From an uncultured Alphaproteobacteria bacterium (GTDB taxonomy: Bacteria; Pseudomonadota; Alphaproteobacteria; Methylaequorales; Methylaequoraceae), in NCBI GenBank assembly GCA_902625895.1, contig CACODD010000002.1, positions 20,785 through 84,784 on the forward strand: a stretch of 64,000 nt of DNA, read 5' to 3'. The position numbers were made by a program, and so were the translations under genes. The notes beneath the pieces were generated by a model. That model was not told the DNA's origin, made no database searches, and saw only the letters and a list, made by a program, of their open reading frames with translations. This document shows positions 1-9,619 of this stretch, piece by piece (position 1 is the first letter of the stretch; every line of letters starts with the position of its first letter).

Positions 1-567
1 AATTTTATTGTCATCAAATAGAACTATTAATTTATTTAACTTTTGGTGTCCTGCAAATGAAATTGCTTCTTGTGAAATTCCCTCCATCAAGCAACCATCA
101 CCGACAACAACCCAAGTTTTATGATCAACTAATTTACCATATTTTTTATTTAGAATTTTTTCTGCTAGAGCCATACCAACGCCGTTAGCCAATCCTTGTC
201 CAAGTGGACCAGTTGTAGTTTCAATACTTTTTAACAATCCGTACTCAGGATGACCTGCAGTTTTGCTGCCAAGTTGTCTAAAATTTTTTAATTGATTAAG
301 ACTACAATCTTTATATCCAACTAAATATGAAAGAGCATAAAGTAGCATCGACCCATGCCCAGCTGATAACACGAATCTATCTCTGTTTAACCATTCAGGT
401 TTGTATGGATCGAATTTAAGATATTTTGAAAATAAAACTGTTGCTACATCTGACATTCCAAGGGGCATTCCAGGATGACCAGAATTAGCTTTCTCCACAG
501 CGTCAATAGAGAGACCTCTAATTGCGTTAGACATATTTTGTAATTTTTTTTGTTCAAATTTATTCAT
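1..567 (-). CDS. tkt: Transketolase, N-terminal part. Partial: the gene continues past the window start.
   Basis: Reverse-complement translation from the ATG at 565-567 reads [46 protein letters not shown]...[23 protein letters not shown]...[20 protein letters not shown]. This aligns closely with the N-terminus of bacterial TktA (thiamine-diphosphate binding region). The open frame runs to position 1. Confidence 0.85.
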   Translation of the reverse strand, partial: MNKFEQKKLQNMSNAIRGLSIDAVEKANSGHPGMPLGMSDVATVLFSKYLKFDPYKPEWLNRDRFVLSAGHGSMLLYALSYLVGYKDCSLNQLKNFRQLGSKTAGHPEYGLLKSIETTTGPLGQGLANGVGMALAEKILNKKYGKLVDHKTWVVVGDGCLMEGISQEAISFAGHQKLNKLIVLFDDNKI

Positions 568-1553
568 TACTTTTCAACTATAAATTTTCCAAATGCTCTT
601 GGTCCTCCTGAAGTTTCTATTTTTTTTTTTACACTAAAATCGTTTAAATTTATTAGAATAATATTGTCTTCAAACCAACACGCAACAACAATTAAATTTT
701 GAGTGTAACTTATATCAATTCCCTCAGGATATTCGCAAACATCAACTAATGTTTTGACATTTTCTTTTTTGTCCATGTTAATAATCGAGATACTGTCATC
801 TCTTTGGTTTGTGATGTATAAATAGTTATTTTTTTTATTGTGAACTACAGAATATGGCCACTTTCCGACTTTTATATTTTTTAGTAGGTTAAAACTCTTT
901 TTTTCAATGATCGATACAGAACTGGATTGAACGTTTGTGACGACAATATAGTCTAAATAATCTTCTGAATAAACTCCAAATGGTGAATCCTCAACATTTA
1001 AATATTTTAAAACCTCAAAATTTTCTGTGTTAATCACAGAAATATTATTACTTTCCCTATTTGCAACATAAAGTTTTTGATTTTTTTTATCAAAATAAAT
1101 GCCAGCTGGTGATTGACCTACCTTTATTTCATATTTTTTTTTCTTTGTTACTAAATCTATAACTGAAATAACACCATCATACCAATTAGACACAAAAATA
1201 TTATTTTTAGAACTATCAAATGAAATTCCAAGTGGACTGTTTCCTGCTTCAACAAAGAAATGTGAGTCATCATATAGATCTATAACTGAAATATTATTAC
1301 TATCAGGATTTGAAACAAAAATTTTTCTTGAGTCTGAATCAATAAATATCGCGGCAGGTTTCTTCCCTAACTCAATCTCTTTAATTTTTTCTTGAATTGT
1401 TAAATCAATTACATCTAGCATATTACTTTCTTGATTTGTAATAAACGCTAGTTCTCTTGGGATCAGAGGACTGAAACAAATAACAATTAATGAACAAAGA
1501 ATAAATTTAATTTTTTTCAATAATTTTTTTGAGTCCATTAAGATTTTCAACAA
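567..1553 (-). CDS. Secreted YVTN-type beta-propeller repeat protein
   Basis: 328 aa ORF with an N-terminal hydrophobic signal-like segment ([13 protein letters not shown]). About 40-residue repeats of the form NxISVIDL...G..P.GI..D...N..YV.N recur about 6-7 times, typical of the YVTN beta-propeller family. Its stop codon shares one base with the tkt start codon. Confidence 0.55.
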   Translation of the reverse strand: MLKILMDSKKLLKKIKFILCSLIVICFSPLIPRELAFITNQESNMLDVIDLTIQEKIKEIELGKKPAAIFIDSDSRKIFVSNPDSNNISVIDLYDDSHFFVEAGNSPLGISFDSSKNNIFVSNWYDGVISVIDLVTKKKKYEIKVGQSPAGIYFDKKNQKLYVANRESNNISVINTENFEVLKYLNVEDSPFGVYSEDYLDYIVVTNVQSSSVSIIEKKSFNLLKNIKVGKWPYSVVHNKKNNYLYITNQRDDSISIINMDKKENVKTLVDVCEYPEGIDISYTQNLIVVACWFEDNIILINLNDFSVKKKIETSGGPRAFGKFIVEK

Positions 1554-2034
1554 TAAAAATTTTTACTTTTTTCTTTGAATTCTCGTCATTAAGCTCTGCT
1601 GGCGGATCATTGCCCATGAACCCCCTATAAAATCCGCTTTTATAGATGACTTTAGTTTTATTATCGCTTGGTTTAACAAAAATTTTTGCAGAGTAACTGT
1701 TTACGGGTAAAACTTTATTGTCAGTTTCTATTATTCTCCAGTTAATCATCATTTTGCTTTCATCTATTTTTTCAAGCTTTTGTTTAATACTTACACCTGA
1801 TTTGAAAAAAATGGTTCTCTCTGCACCAACATCATTTGAGCTTGCACTTATTTTTTCTACACTTTTGTTCCAATTAAAGTTATTAAAATCACTGACAATT
1901 TTCCATACTTCATCTGAAGAAGCATTAATCTCGATGGATTCTGAAACCTTTTGCCTAGAAGGACCATGACCATCAGTAGGTGTTGAGAGCAAAAGAATAA
2001 CAAAGAGAATTATTGAGTTTTTCAAATATGACAT
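1507..2034 (-). CDS. Secreted SRPBCC (Bet v1/START-like, polyketide cyclase/dehydrase and lipid transport family) protein
   Basis: 175 aa with a signal peptide (ILFVILLLSTPTDGHG). Size and the ...VWKIVSDFNNFNW... pattern are typical of SRPBCC ligand-binding domains. It overlaps the downstream YVTN gene by 47 nt. Confidence 0.45.
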   Translation of the reverse strand: MSYLKNSIILFVILLLSTPTDGHGPSRQKVSESIEINASSDEVWKIVSDFNNFNWNKSVEKISASSNDVGAERTIFFKSGVSIKQKLEKIDESKMMINWRIIETDNKVLPVNSYSAKIFVKPSDNKTKVIYKSGFYRGFMGNDPPAELNDENSKKKVKIFIVENLNGLKKIIEKN

Positions 2035-2050
2035 AATTAATCCTGTTAAA

Positions 2051-2245
2051 TTATAAAACCTTAAACTTATTTTTATCTTCTAAAACTGATAATGCAACTA
2101 AGATTTCTGAATTTTCGTCATTTATTTCTGCAATGACAGCATGAATTACTCCAGAAATTGTTTTTAATCTCTTAACTTTATATTGAGTTCTATTGAACTT
2201 TCTTTCTGAAACTTTCTGAACTATTTTATTAAGTATAAAATCCAT
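2051..2245 (-). CDS. Small hypothetical protein (64 aa)
   Basis: ORF only. Same strand and tight spacing with the SRPBCC gene. No recognisable motif. Confidence 0.25.
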   Translation of the reverse strand: MDFILNKIVQKVSERKFNRTQYKVKRLKTISGVIHAVIAEINDENSEILVALSVLEDKNKFKVL

Positions 2246-2299
2246 TAAAAAATATGTTATCTTATTTTCATTAATTAATAGTATAATTAATAATTTACA

Positions 2300-4792
2300 A
2301 TGAATAAATTATTAAACATAGTTTTATCAAATCCAAAAAAAACTTGTTACTTATTCGTTTTTATTTCTTTAATTTCTTTAACAGTTATCTCTAATCTTAA
2401 AATAAATACATCAACTGATTCACTTATAAACGAAAATTTAGATTTTAAAAAAAATCAAAAAAAACTTAAAGATTCCTTTAAAGTTCTTAAAAATAATCTT
2501 TTAATAAGAATTAAGGGTGAAAATTATGATGAAGTAAAATTTGCAAGTGAAAAGTTTGTGAAAAAGTTGAATGCATTAGATGGTGTGTCTTTCATTTTTT
2601 CACCAAATCTAGATAAAAATCTGAAAAAAAATTTTTTTCTTTTTCTGAATGATTTTGAAAAAGATAATTTGATACAAAAAATATATGAATCACAGCCTTT
2701 TTTATCACAAATAAACAATCATGAGAATAAGTTGGAAGGTTTAAATAATATTTTAGAATTATCATTAAAATCAGATTCAAAAGAAGATAAAGATGGTTTC
2801 GCCAATATATTCAAAATTTTTAATGAATCTCTTTTATTAAAAAAAAAAGTTGAGTGGTCAAATATTTTATCCTCTCAAAAAAATGAGTTTTTTATTCTTT
2901 TTGGATTATCTGAAGAATTTCTCGAAAAAAATTCATTTAAAGTTATTTATGAATTTCTTAATAATTTTAAGTCCGAACAAAGCCCTAGTATAAAAGTAGA
3001 TTACACTGGAGGGTTGTTAATTGACTATGAAGAAGTTGCATCAGTTTCTTCTGGAGCCTCATTTTCTGGTTTGCTAAGTTTTGTATTGGTAGCAATCTTA
3101 CTTTGGATAGCATTTAAAGACCTGTATTTATTGTTTTCGATGGTTTTAACTATTATTTTGGGTTTAGTTATTACTCTTGGAATCACAACATTAGTAATTG
3201 GTTCATTAAATCTAATCTCTGTAGCATTTGCTGTACTTTTTATAGGTCTTTCTGTTGATTATGGGATTCAAATTTGCTCAAGAATTAAAGAGAAGAATTT
3301 TTTAACAAATGAGATTGTTAAAGAAAAAACAAAAATAATTGAGTCAATTGGGAAAATATTATTTATTGCCTCAATTCCTTCTATAGTAGGTTTTTTGTCG
3401 TTCATTCCAACTGATTATGTTGGTTTGTCTGAACTTGGTATCATTTCAGCAATCGGTTTGTTTGTTGGACTAATCTTAAACACATTTTTTTTACCGTGTT
3501 TACTTGGACTTTTTTTAAAAAAAAAAAAAAATGGTTTCATAGAGTTGAATTCGAATCTTTATGAAAGTTTTTTAATTAATAATAAAAATAAAATATTAAT
3601 AATTTTTTTTATCATTGTTATTTATTCGTCTTTCAATTTAAGTAAGATAACTTTTGATTCAGATGCTTTAAACTTAAAAGATCAAGAGCTGCAATCTGTG
3701 AAACTTGCTAAAGAGTTAATTGATAACAATCCGACATCGGATTATATTGCCTCTGTAATTTTTACAGAAAAAGAATTAAAGAGTTTCAAACACGACCATC
3801 CAATTTTTCAGAATGATATTGTGAGTGGTTATTTTTCTTATGAAAAAATTTTTGAAAAGTACGAATCAGGAGATTTGGATTATCTTAAATTCTTACTTTC
3901 TAATAAAAAATTTGAGAGTCCTTCAGAAGGGGGGAACCAAAAAGCAAGGTTTAGTTTACTTCTTGACAAATATATTCATGGAGAATTTGGTCAAGTGTCT
4001 CTGAATGCAAAACTCTTAAAAGATAATATTTTAATATTTCAAAGTAATAAAATCTCAAACCTTGAAATTGAAGAAATCTTTTTTGGGAAATTTGATGATC
4101 TCATATCAAATATTTTAAATCTGGGTTCTATTCCAGATAATTTATCTAGTCAAATACCCGAGAATTTTAGAAACAGATATATATCTGATAATAATTTATA
4201 TCGTGTTGAAATTTTTCCAAGTCGAGACTTATCGAAACCTGAGGATTTAAAAGAATTTGTAAGTACTATAGAGACTTTTTTTCCAGGTGCTACAGGTATG
4301 CCTGTAGTCCAATTTAATGCAGGAAAAATAGTTGTTGATTCGTTTAAACAAGCTTTAATAATTTCACTATTTTTCTTAATTATATTTTTATTTTTTATTT
4401 TCAAAAAGGTTAATTATGTTTTAGTTTGTATAAGTTCGTTGGTTTGTGCATTCATATTAACAATTTTTTTTATGATAGTTTTAAAATTAAACTTTAATTT
4501 TGCTAATATGATTGCGATACCGTTGCTTTTTAGCTTAGGTGTAAGTTATCCAATATATTTTATAAAGCGATTTGATGAACTAGGAGATTTTAAAAAATTA
4601 TTTTCTTCTAACACGCCGATAGCAATTTTATTTAGTGGCTTAACAACAATTTTTTCATTTAGCACATTATTTTTCTCTTCACATAATGGAACATCTTCAA
4701 TGGGTCTTTTATTATTTATTTCATTATCAAATACATTGATAACTAGTCTTATTTTACTACCAATTTTTATTAAAATATTTAGAATTAAATGA
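2300..4792 (+). CDS. RND-superfamily exporter of the MMPL/HpnN-like type (two transmembrane bundles plus two large periplasmic loops)
   Basis: 830 aa. Two hydrophobic clusters of about 5-6 helices each (residues ~245-400 and ~690-830) are separated by large soluble domains, the architecture of MMPL/SSD-type RND exporters. An A14 homopolymer at 3520-3534 encodes KKKKK in a loop. Confidence 0.65.
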   Translation: MNKLLNIVLSNPKKTCYLFVFISLISLTVISNLKINTSTDSLINENLDFKKNQKKLKDSFKVLKNNLLIRIKGENYDEVKFASEKFVKKLNALDGVSFIFSPNLDKNLKKNFFLFLNDFEKDNLIQKIYESQPFLSQINNHENKLEGLNNILELSLKSDSKEDKDGFANIFKIFNESLLLKKKVEWSNILSSQKNEFFILFGLSEEFLEKNSFKVIYEFLNNFKSEQSPSIKVDYTGGLLIDYEEVASVSSGASFSGLLSFVLVAILLWIAFKDLYLLFSMVLTIILGLVITLGITTLVIGSLNLISVAFAVLFIGLSVDYGIQICSRIKEKNFLTNEIVKEKTKIIESIGKILFIASIPSIVGFLSFIPTDYVGLSELGIISAIGLFVGLILNTFFLPCLLGLFLKKKKNGFIELNSNLYESFLINNKNKILIIFFIIVIYSSFNLSKITFDSDALNLKDQELQSVKLAKELIDNNPTSDYIASVIFTEKELKSFKHDHPIFQNDIVSGYFSYEKIFEKYESGDLDYLKFLLSNKKFESPSEGGNQKARFSLLLDKYIHGEFGQVSLNAKLLKDNILIFQSNKISNLEIEEIFFGKFDDLISNILNLGSIPDNLSSQIPENFRNRYISDNNLYRVEIFPSRDLSKPEDLKEFVSTIETFFPGATGMPVVQFNAGKIVVDSFKQALIISLFFLIIFLFFIFKKVNYVLVCISSLVCAFILTIFFMIVLKLNFNFANMIAIPLLFSLGVSYPIYFIKRFDELGDFKKLFSSNTPIAILFSGLTTIFSFSTLFFSSHNGTSSMGLLLFISLSNTLITSLILLPIFIKIFRIK

Positions 4793-5258
4793 TTTCCCAG
4801 TTTCCGTTTTTATCTCTACATGCTGAAGAATTCTCTTCAAATATTTCATTATTTTTTTTAATAATCTTTTTAAAATCTCTACAATCTCTATTTTTCATTT
4901 TATAATTATTAAGTGGGATTACTTCACCAGTAATGTTCTGATTCTCATTACTTTGCCATTGTTCACTTGCATTATCGGGAGTAAAGTTAAGAGAATTTTC
5001 AATCACGTTATTAAATTCTACTCTTTCTTTTTTACTTAAAACCTCTACAATTTTACCACCTAAGATATATCCAGCTGCACCACCTAAAATAACAGAAATA
5101 TCTTTTGTAGCTCCAGAACCGACCTTAGAACCAAGATAACCTCCTACTGCTGCGCCAATAATTTGACCAAATACCTTTTTATCACTTGTATTTTCACATG
5201 AAACAATCAATAAAATTAAAGAAAATATTAAAATTTTAGTTCCGTTCATCTTATACAT
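4785..5258 (-). CDS. Lipoprotein with a glycine-zipper (Gly-zipper_2TM/17 kDa-antigen-like) domain
   Basis: Lipobox-like LLIVSC near the N-terminus. A GxxxGxxxG-rich segment follows (IIGAAVGGYLGSKVGSGA...ILGGAAGYILGG). Confidence 0.5.
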   Translation of the reverse strand: MYKMNGTKILIFSLILLIVSCENTSDKKVFGQIIGAAVGGYLGSKVGSGATKDISVILGGAAGYILGGKIVEVLSKKERVEFNNVIENSLNFTPDNASEQWQSNENQNITGEVIPLNNYKMKNRDCRDFKKIIKKNNEIFEENSSACRDKNGNWEII

Positions 5259-5277
5259 CTAATAATTATCTAACAAA

Positions 5278-6597
5278 CTACAACTTTTCCTCAACATCGA
5301 ACCCTCTAAAACATTTGAATCTTGGAAACCTTAAACTCCAGTGTTCACCATCCTGACTTTTACTAATAGAATCTGCCTTAATTTCTACAATTTGACCAAT
5401 TAATTTATTTCTATTTTTCCAAAAAGATTCTCTTTGTTCGTCTGAAAATCCAGAACCTATATTCAATCTAAAAAACTTATCATTGTCAACGCCTTCAGCT
5501 ATGATTGCTCCTAATTTACCTGCATTTCTTCCAGTTCCTTCTTCAAAATCTTTTACTTTAAGAGATATTTCTATGACCGGTTTTAATTTTAACCAGGTTG
5601 TAGATCTTTTGCATTCATAAAATGATTCTGGATCTTTTATCATAATACCTTCGTAACCTTGAACTATAGATTCATTGTTAAAACTTCTAAAAGCAGACAG
5701 GCCCTCAGGACAATCAAGATTAATAATTTTTTTTTTAATCAATTTAATTTTATCTGAATTCTTAATAAAACTATCATACCAATTTTTTAAATTTAAAGTT
5801 CTTAACTTATAGGATTTTTTGTAAACACCAACTTTGAATTTTTCAAATGGAAGAAAATCAAATAAAAATAGTGTAGCGTCTGGATTTTGAATAACTTCTT
5901 TTCTATGAATCTGTTTCATTAGCTCCTGAAAATTTTTGCTTACAACTTCTCCGTCAACTACTATTGCTTCTTCTAAGCGGTTAATACTAATTTTTTCTCT
6001 TAATTCTTCTTGTAAGTTATTAAAATTTGTTAATTCTTTTCCATTCCGACTGAACATGTCGACTTTTCCGTTTGGATATAAAACTGTAATTACTCGCACG
6101 CCATCTAACTTTACTTCAAGAATCTTTTCTCCAGTAAGTTTTTTCTGATGTAATTCTGAATCTTGTGCTAATTGACACGCAAAAACTGGAATTATATATT
6201 CATCAAAACCATTTTTTTTTGCTACATTGTTTATAGTTCTCTCTGAGAGCCCACATCTCATGTCTTTTTGTAAAATCCTTTTATAAAAAAAATTCCACTC
6301 ATCTTCGTGTGATTTCTCCATTTTTTCAAAAATTTCATCTCTTGCTGCATGACCAGTTAATTTTCTAGATAATAATTTGTCAGCTAATTGACTAAATTCT
6401 TCCCATGCTAAACCATCTCCGTCTGATTCAGATTTGGGAACTTTTTTAACACCGAAAGTTAAAAGTTTATTGTAAGCTAGGCTCATTCCATTAAAAAATA
6501 TCTGGTTGTTATTTTTCATTTCTTTAAGGATTATTTCTTCTTTTGATAACCGAGAATTTGTCGACTCAAGTTTTCTAATGATTTTAAAATTTTCCAT
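5278..6597 (-). CDS. ATP-dependent DNA ligase
   Basis: Adenylation motif I KxDGxR is present as EVKLDGVRVI at residue ~153. 439 aa with no signal peptide. Downstream nucleotidyltransferase/OB-like motifs (…EGIMIK…, …WLKLK…) are present. Confidence 0.75.
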   Translation of the reverse strand: MENFKIIRKLESTNSRLSKEEIILKEMKNNNQIFFNGMSLAYNKLLTFGVKKVPKSESDGDGLAWEEFSQLADKLLSRKLTGHAARDEIFEKMEKSHEDEWNFFYKRILQKDMRCGLSERTINNVAKKNGFDEYIIPVFACQLAQDSELHQKKLTGEKILEVKLDGVRVITVLYPNGKVDMFSRNGKELTNFNNLQEELREKISINRLEEAIVVDGEVVSKNFQELMKQIHRKEVIQNPDATLFLFDFLPFEKFKVGVYKKSYKLRTLNLKNWYDSFIKNSDKIKLIKKKIINLDCPEGLSAFRSFNNESIVQGYEGIMIKDPESFYECKRSTTWLKLKPVIEISLKVKDFEEGTGRNAGKLGAIIAEGVDNDKFFRLNIGSGFSDEQRESFWKNRNKLIGQIVEIKADSISKSQDGEHWSLRFPRFKCFRGFDVEEKL

Positions 6598-7324
6598 CTA
6601 ATATATTTTGAATACTTATTTGATATCTACAATATTTACAACTATTTTCACTGACTGGAACCTTATCATAATTTAAAGTTTGATATATTCTATCAAGAGT
6701 TGGTTCGATCCATGTTTGGTCAAGCTCCCTCTCGAAAATCAATAATTGAAAATCAATTATTTCTGATGAGTTTGGAATATCCTTAGAAGCATTTAAATAA
6801 ACAAGTATACCTGCTGAACCTACTTTCACTGAATTTTTTTTTAAAAGAAAAGAATATAAAGAGAGTTGTTTCCAGTAACCTGGCCAAATATTTTCTGAAC
6901 TAATATTTTTTTTACGTGATGTACTTTTAATAATAACTGGATAATTGTTTCCAGTTTCTTTACATAGCCAAATATCGTCAAGATTAGCTTTAATTTTTAA
7001 GTTTGTCTTTTTATCAATATAACTTATTCCTTTAAATGGATGTGTCCAGTTATCTAGTGATTCGTTGCTAATAGGAACTAATTTCTTATTTATGATTTTT
7101 GTTTCTGGTATAACTTTTTCTAGACTGCGATATTTATTCAAAGTATTTTTGAAATGACTTACAACAAAGTTATTGATAACCAAAGGTGTACCATGAGGTC
7201 TTTTTATGCCATGTTTTTGGTCTAAGTAAAAACATCTGTTACAATCGAAAAATAAATCAATTTTTGATCGATTTATTGCAAATGGTAAAAGATTATTTTT
7301 AATATATAATTTTTTTTTCCACAC
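6584..7324 (-). CDS. Putative PD-(D/E)XK nuclease with Cys cluster (Cas4/AddB-like Fe-S nuclease). Tentative.
   Basis: 246 aa. Cys pairs lie at the N-terminus (CNRC) and C-terminus (CKYCRYQ). A RecB-family QhxxY motif is present (WKQLSLYSF) and an acidic LDDIW segment precedes IIKST. Its 3' end overlaps the ligase start by 14 nt, on the same strand. Confidence 0.4.
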   Translation of the reverse strand: MWKKKLYIKNNLLPFAINRSKIDLFFDCNRCFYLDQKHGIKRPHGTPLVINNFVVSHFKNTLNKYRSLEKVIPETKIINKKLVPISNESLDNWTHPFKGISYIDKKTNLKIKANLDDIWLCKETGNNYPVIIKSTSRKKNISSENIWPGYWKQLSLYSFLLKKNSVKVGSAGILVYLNASKDIPNSSEIIDFQLLIFERELDQTWIEPTLDRIYQTLNYDKVPVSENSCKYCRYQISIQNILDGKF

Positions 7325-7479
7325 TTAATTTTACTTTTTTTTTTAAACAATTTGAATATAGTTAATATAACAAAAAGTTCTTATTTATCTAAATACAAAA
7401 ATTATAATTACAGATTATAAAAAATTAATTGGTTTAAAATTAAAATTGACAATTTTTTTTTTTTTGAAATTATCACTTT

Positions 7480-7854
7480 ATGTACTTATTATTTCTTTTC
7501 TTGATTCCAAAACTAGTTTTTTCACTTGAGCTCAATTTAGTATGTACTAATAATAACGCACTAACAAATGAAGTAGATGTAAAAGATATTTTTTTATTAT
7601 TGAACACCGACAATAAAAGAGTTGATTTAGGTGGTTTATCTTTTGAGGCTGATAATATTTTAGTAACAAAATCTAATATTTCATGGTTTTCTAAAAACAT
7701 CGAGCTTTATCCAGAGTCAAATGGATCTGTCTCAGGAATTCTAGGAAGATATTCAGGTGAGTTGGTACTTAATTTTAAACGTGAAGACAGTCAAAAAACG
7801 AATTCATTGATTTTTAATTGTAGGAAATTTGCTATTAAAGACAGAAAATTTTAA
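7480..7854 (+). CDS. Small secreted hypothetical protein
   Basis: 124 aa with an N-terminal signal-like segment (LLFLFLIPKLVFSLE). No known motif. Divergent from the minus-strand nuclease/ligase genes. Confidence 0.3.
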   Translation: MYLLFLFLIPKLVFSLELNLVCTNNNALTNEVDVKDIFLLLNTDNKRVDLGGLSFEADNILVTKSNISWFSKNIELYPESNGSVSGILGRYSGELVLNFKREDSQKTNSLIFNCRKFAIKDRKF

Positions 7855-8831
7855 TTTGCAAATATCTTTTCTTTCTCTATGAATTTAGTTAATAATCTTA
7901 CATGAAAAGTTTGTTGAAATTCATCATTTTTATGATCTAACTTTGGAAACATTCTTTTTACATTCTCAAATTGTATTAAATAATTTTCAGGTCTTACTTT
8001 TGAAATTTTTTTTAAATACCGATCGGGCATCCTAAACTTGCCTAGAGTAACCGAGTGAATTTTATTTTTGTCAATTAATTCAAAAACATTTTTAAAGAAT
8101 TCTTCATAGCCTCCTATTTGTTCACAGTAAATTAATGGATCGAATCTTAAGCCAATTGACCAGCCTAAATTTTGTAGTTTGATTATTGCTTTTAATCTTT
8201 TTGTAAGACTTGGTGTTTTATCTTCAAATTCTTTTACCACATATTCAGGATTAAGACTAAAAGCAGGTATTACATTTGCCACTGGTTTAATTTTTTCAAA
8301 GACTTTAATATTTATACTTTTTGAACGTATTTCTAATACACCTTTTTTTATTCCTTCAAAATACTTTATGAATTCTTTAAGAAAGTTTGTAACATTTTCA
8401 AGTGCCAAACTGTCGGAGTCGTAACCTGAAAAAAAACATGAATATTCTTTATTGTTTTCAGCTATTTTTTTTATTTTAGAATAGAAATCTTCGTAATTTA
8501 CAAATAAAACATAATTGGCCGAGTTAAACATTCCCTGAAGAAAACAGTATTTACAATCATAAGGACAATTAAGGAGATGAGAAAAATAATAATTATTTTT
8601 AAATCCAATAGTAAACTTTTTAGGTGCTTTAAGTATAAAGTTTTTTTTTTTATATGCTAATATTAACGAAGGTGTTTTTTTTTGAATCCTAAAATTTTGG
8701 TTATTTGCATTAAAAACTTCAGAGTAGGAATTACAATATATAATATTTTTATATTTAATTCTTTTGATAATGTTATACGTATTGGGATGCGATTTTGCAG
8801 CATTTTCAATATATATTGTATCAATTTTCAT
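7851..8831 (-). CDS. splB: Radical SAM enzyme, spore photoproduct lyase-like (SplB family)
   Basis: A CX3CX2C radical SAM motif (CPYDCKYCFLQ) lies about 90 residues from the N-terminus, the position seen in SplB rather than the N-terminal position of most radical SAM enzymes. At 326 aa the length is similar to SplB. Confidence 0.6.
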   Translation of the reverse strand: MKIDTIYIENAAKSHPNTYNIIKRIKYKNIIYCNSYSEVFNANNQNFRIQKKTPSLILAYKKKNFILKAPKKFTIGFKNNYYFSHLLNCPYDCKYCFLQGMFNSANYVLFVNYEDFYSKIKKIAENNKEYSCFFSGYDSDSLALENVTNFLKEFIKYFEGIKKGVLEIRSKSINIKVFEKIKPVANVIPAFSLNPEYVVKEFEDKTPSLTKRLKAIIKLQNLGWSIGLRFDPLIYCEQIGGYEEFFKNVFELIDKNKIHSVTLGKFRMPDRYLKKISKVRPENYLIQFENVKRMFPKLDHKNDEFQQTFHVRLLTKFIEKEKIFAN

Positions 8832-9619
8832 ACCTTCAGAAATTCTTTAAGTTTTTTTATATTGTATTCTGCATTTTCGCTGAAATTAATCACATTATTA
8901 TGAAGAGAACAATACTTTGTAAAATATAAATTAAGGAGTGCTTTCATTTGTTCGCGTTCTGTAAATGTAAACTTTATTTTTGCAAACAAATTATTTAATT
9001 CATTTTCAACAATTTCTTTACTAGTCGGATAAAATTCCTTTTTTAAATTTAACATATATGAGCAAAGTTCATTTATTAACTTTTTTTGATTAGAAATAAT
9101 ATTGTATACAACTTCTTTATTTTTAAAATCAATAGATTCAAACTGATTGTCAGAGACAATTTTGACAATCTGTAAAAGTTCTTTTGAAGAGTATTTACAT
9201 GCTGATTGATAAAAACCAAATGATTCCATGTCATAAACTTTTGAGCTGTAACTTTTCTTTTGAATTCCTACAGATAAACATTCTTGATTTTGCATTTCTA
9301 ATTTATTTATAAAAGGAAAAAAAATCTTTTTGGTTTCATTGTCAGTAATTTTATTTATTGAACAAATATCTCCAACCTTTAAATATTTGTGCCCTGCTAA
9401 TCCAATATTTATCCATATATTATTATTTTTTTTATTATAATAGTAATATGTATCAGTTACTCCGATGGCAGCATTTACTTTACCGATACCTGAAATGGTT
9501 AAGCTGATGTTCTGATTTGCGTAAATAAAAATGTGTTTTAAATCTTTGATTTTTTTTAGCTTGAATAGATCAATTAGTGGTCTTGCTTCTGAGTTTGTCG
9601 CAACTATAAAATGAATCAT
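8828..9619 (-). CDS. MTA/SAH nucleosidase-family (PNP_UDP_1 phosphorylase fold) protein with a C-terminal extension
   Basis: ISGIGKVNAAIGVTD matches KSGIGKVAAALGAT of E. coli MTAN. INIGLAGHKYLKVGDI matches INTGSAGGL..LKVGDI. VYDMESFGF...VKIVSD matches AVEMEATA...VRAISD. About 85 extra C-terminal residues are present. ATGA overlap with splB. Confidence 0.5.
   Translation of the reverse strand: MIHFIVATNSEARPLIDLFKLKKIKDLKHIFIYANQNISLTISGIGKVNAAIGVTDTYYYYNKKNNNIWINIGLAGHKYLKVGDICSINKITDNETKKIFFPFINKLEMQNQECLSVGIQKKSYSSKVYDMESFGFYQSACKYSSKELLQIVKIVSDNQFESIDFKNKEVVYNIISNQKKLINELCSYMLNLKKEFYPTSKEIVENELNNLFAKIKFTFTEREQMKALLNLYFTKYCSLHNNVINFSENAEYNIKKLKEFLKV

Noticed and set aside
7851-9619. Possible hopanoid HpnG (phosphorylase) + HpnH (radical SAM) + HpnN (RND at 2300) cluster
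   Set aside because: The radical SAM Cys triad lies about 90 residues from the N-terminus with CxYCFLQ context, as in spore photoproduct lyase and not HpnH. No squalene-hopene cyclase is in the window. I kept SPL-like and MTAN-like as the calls and mention the alternative only as a caveat.
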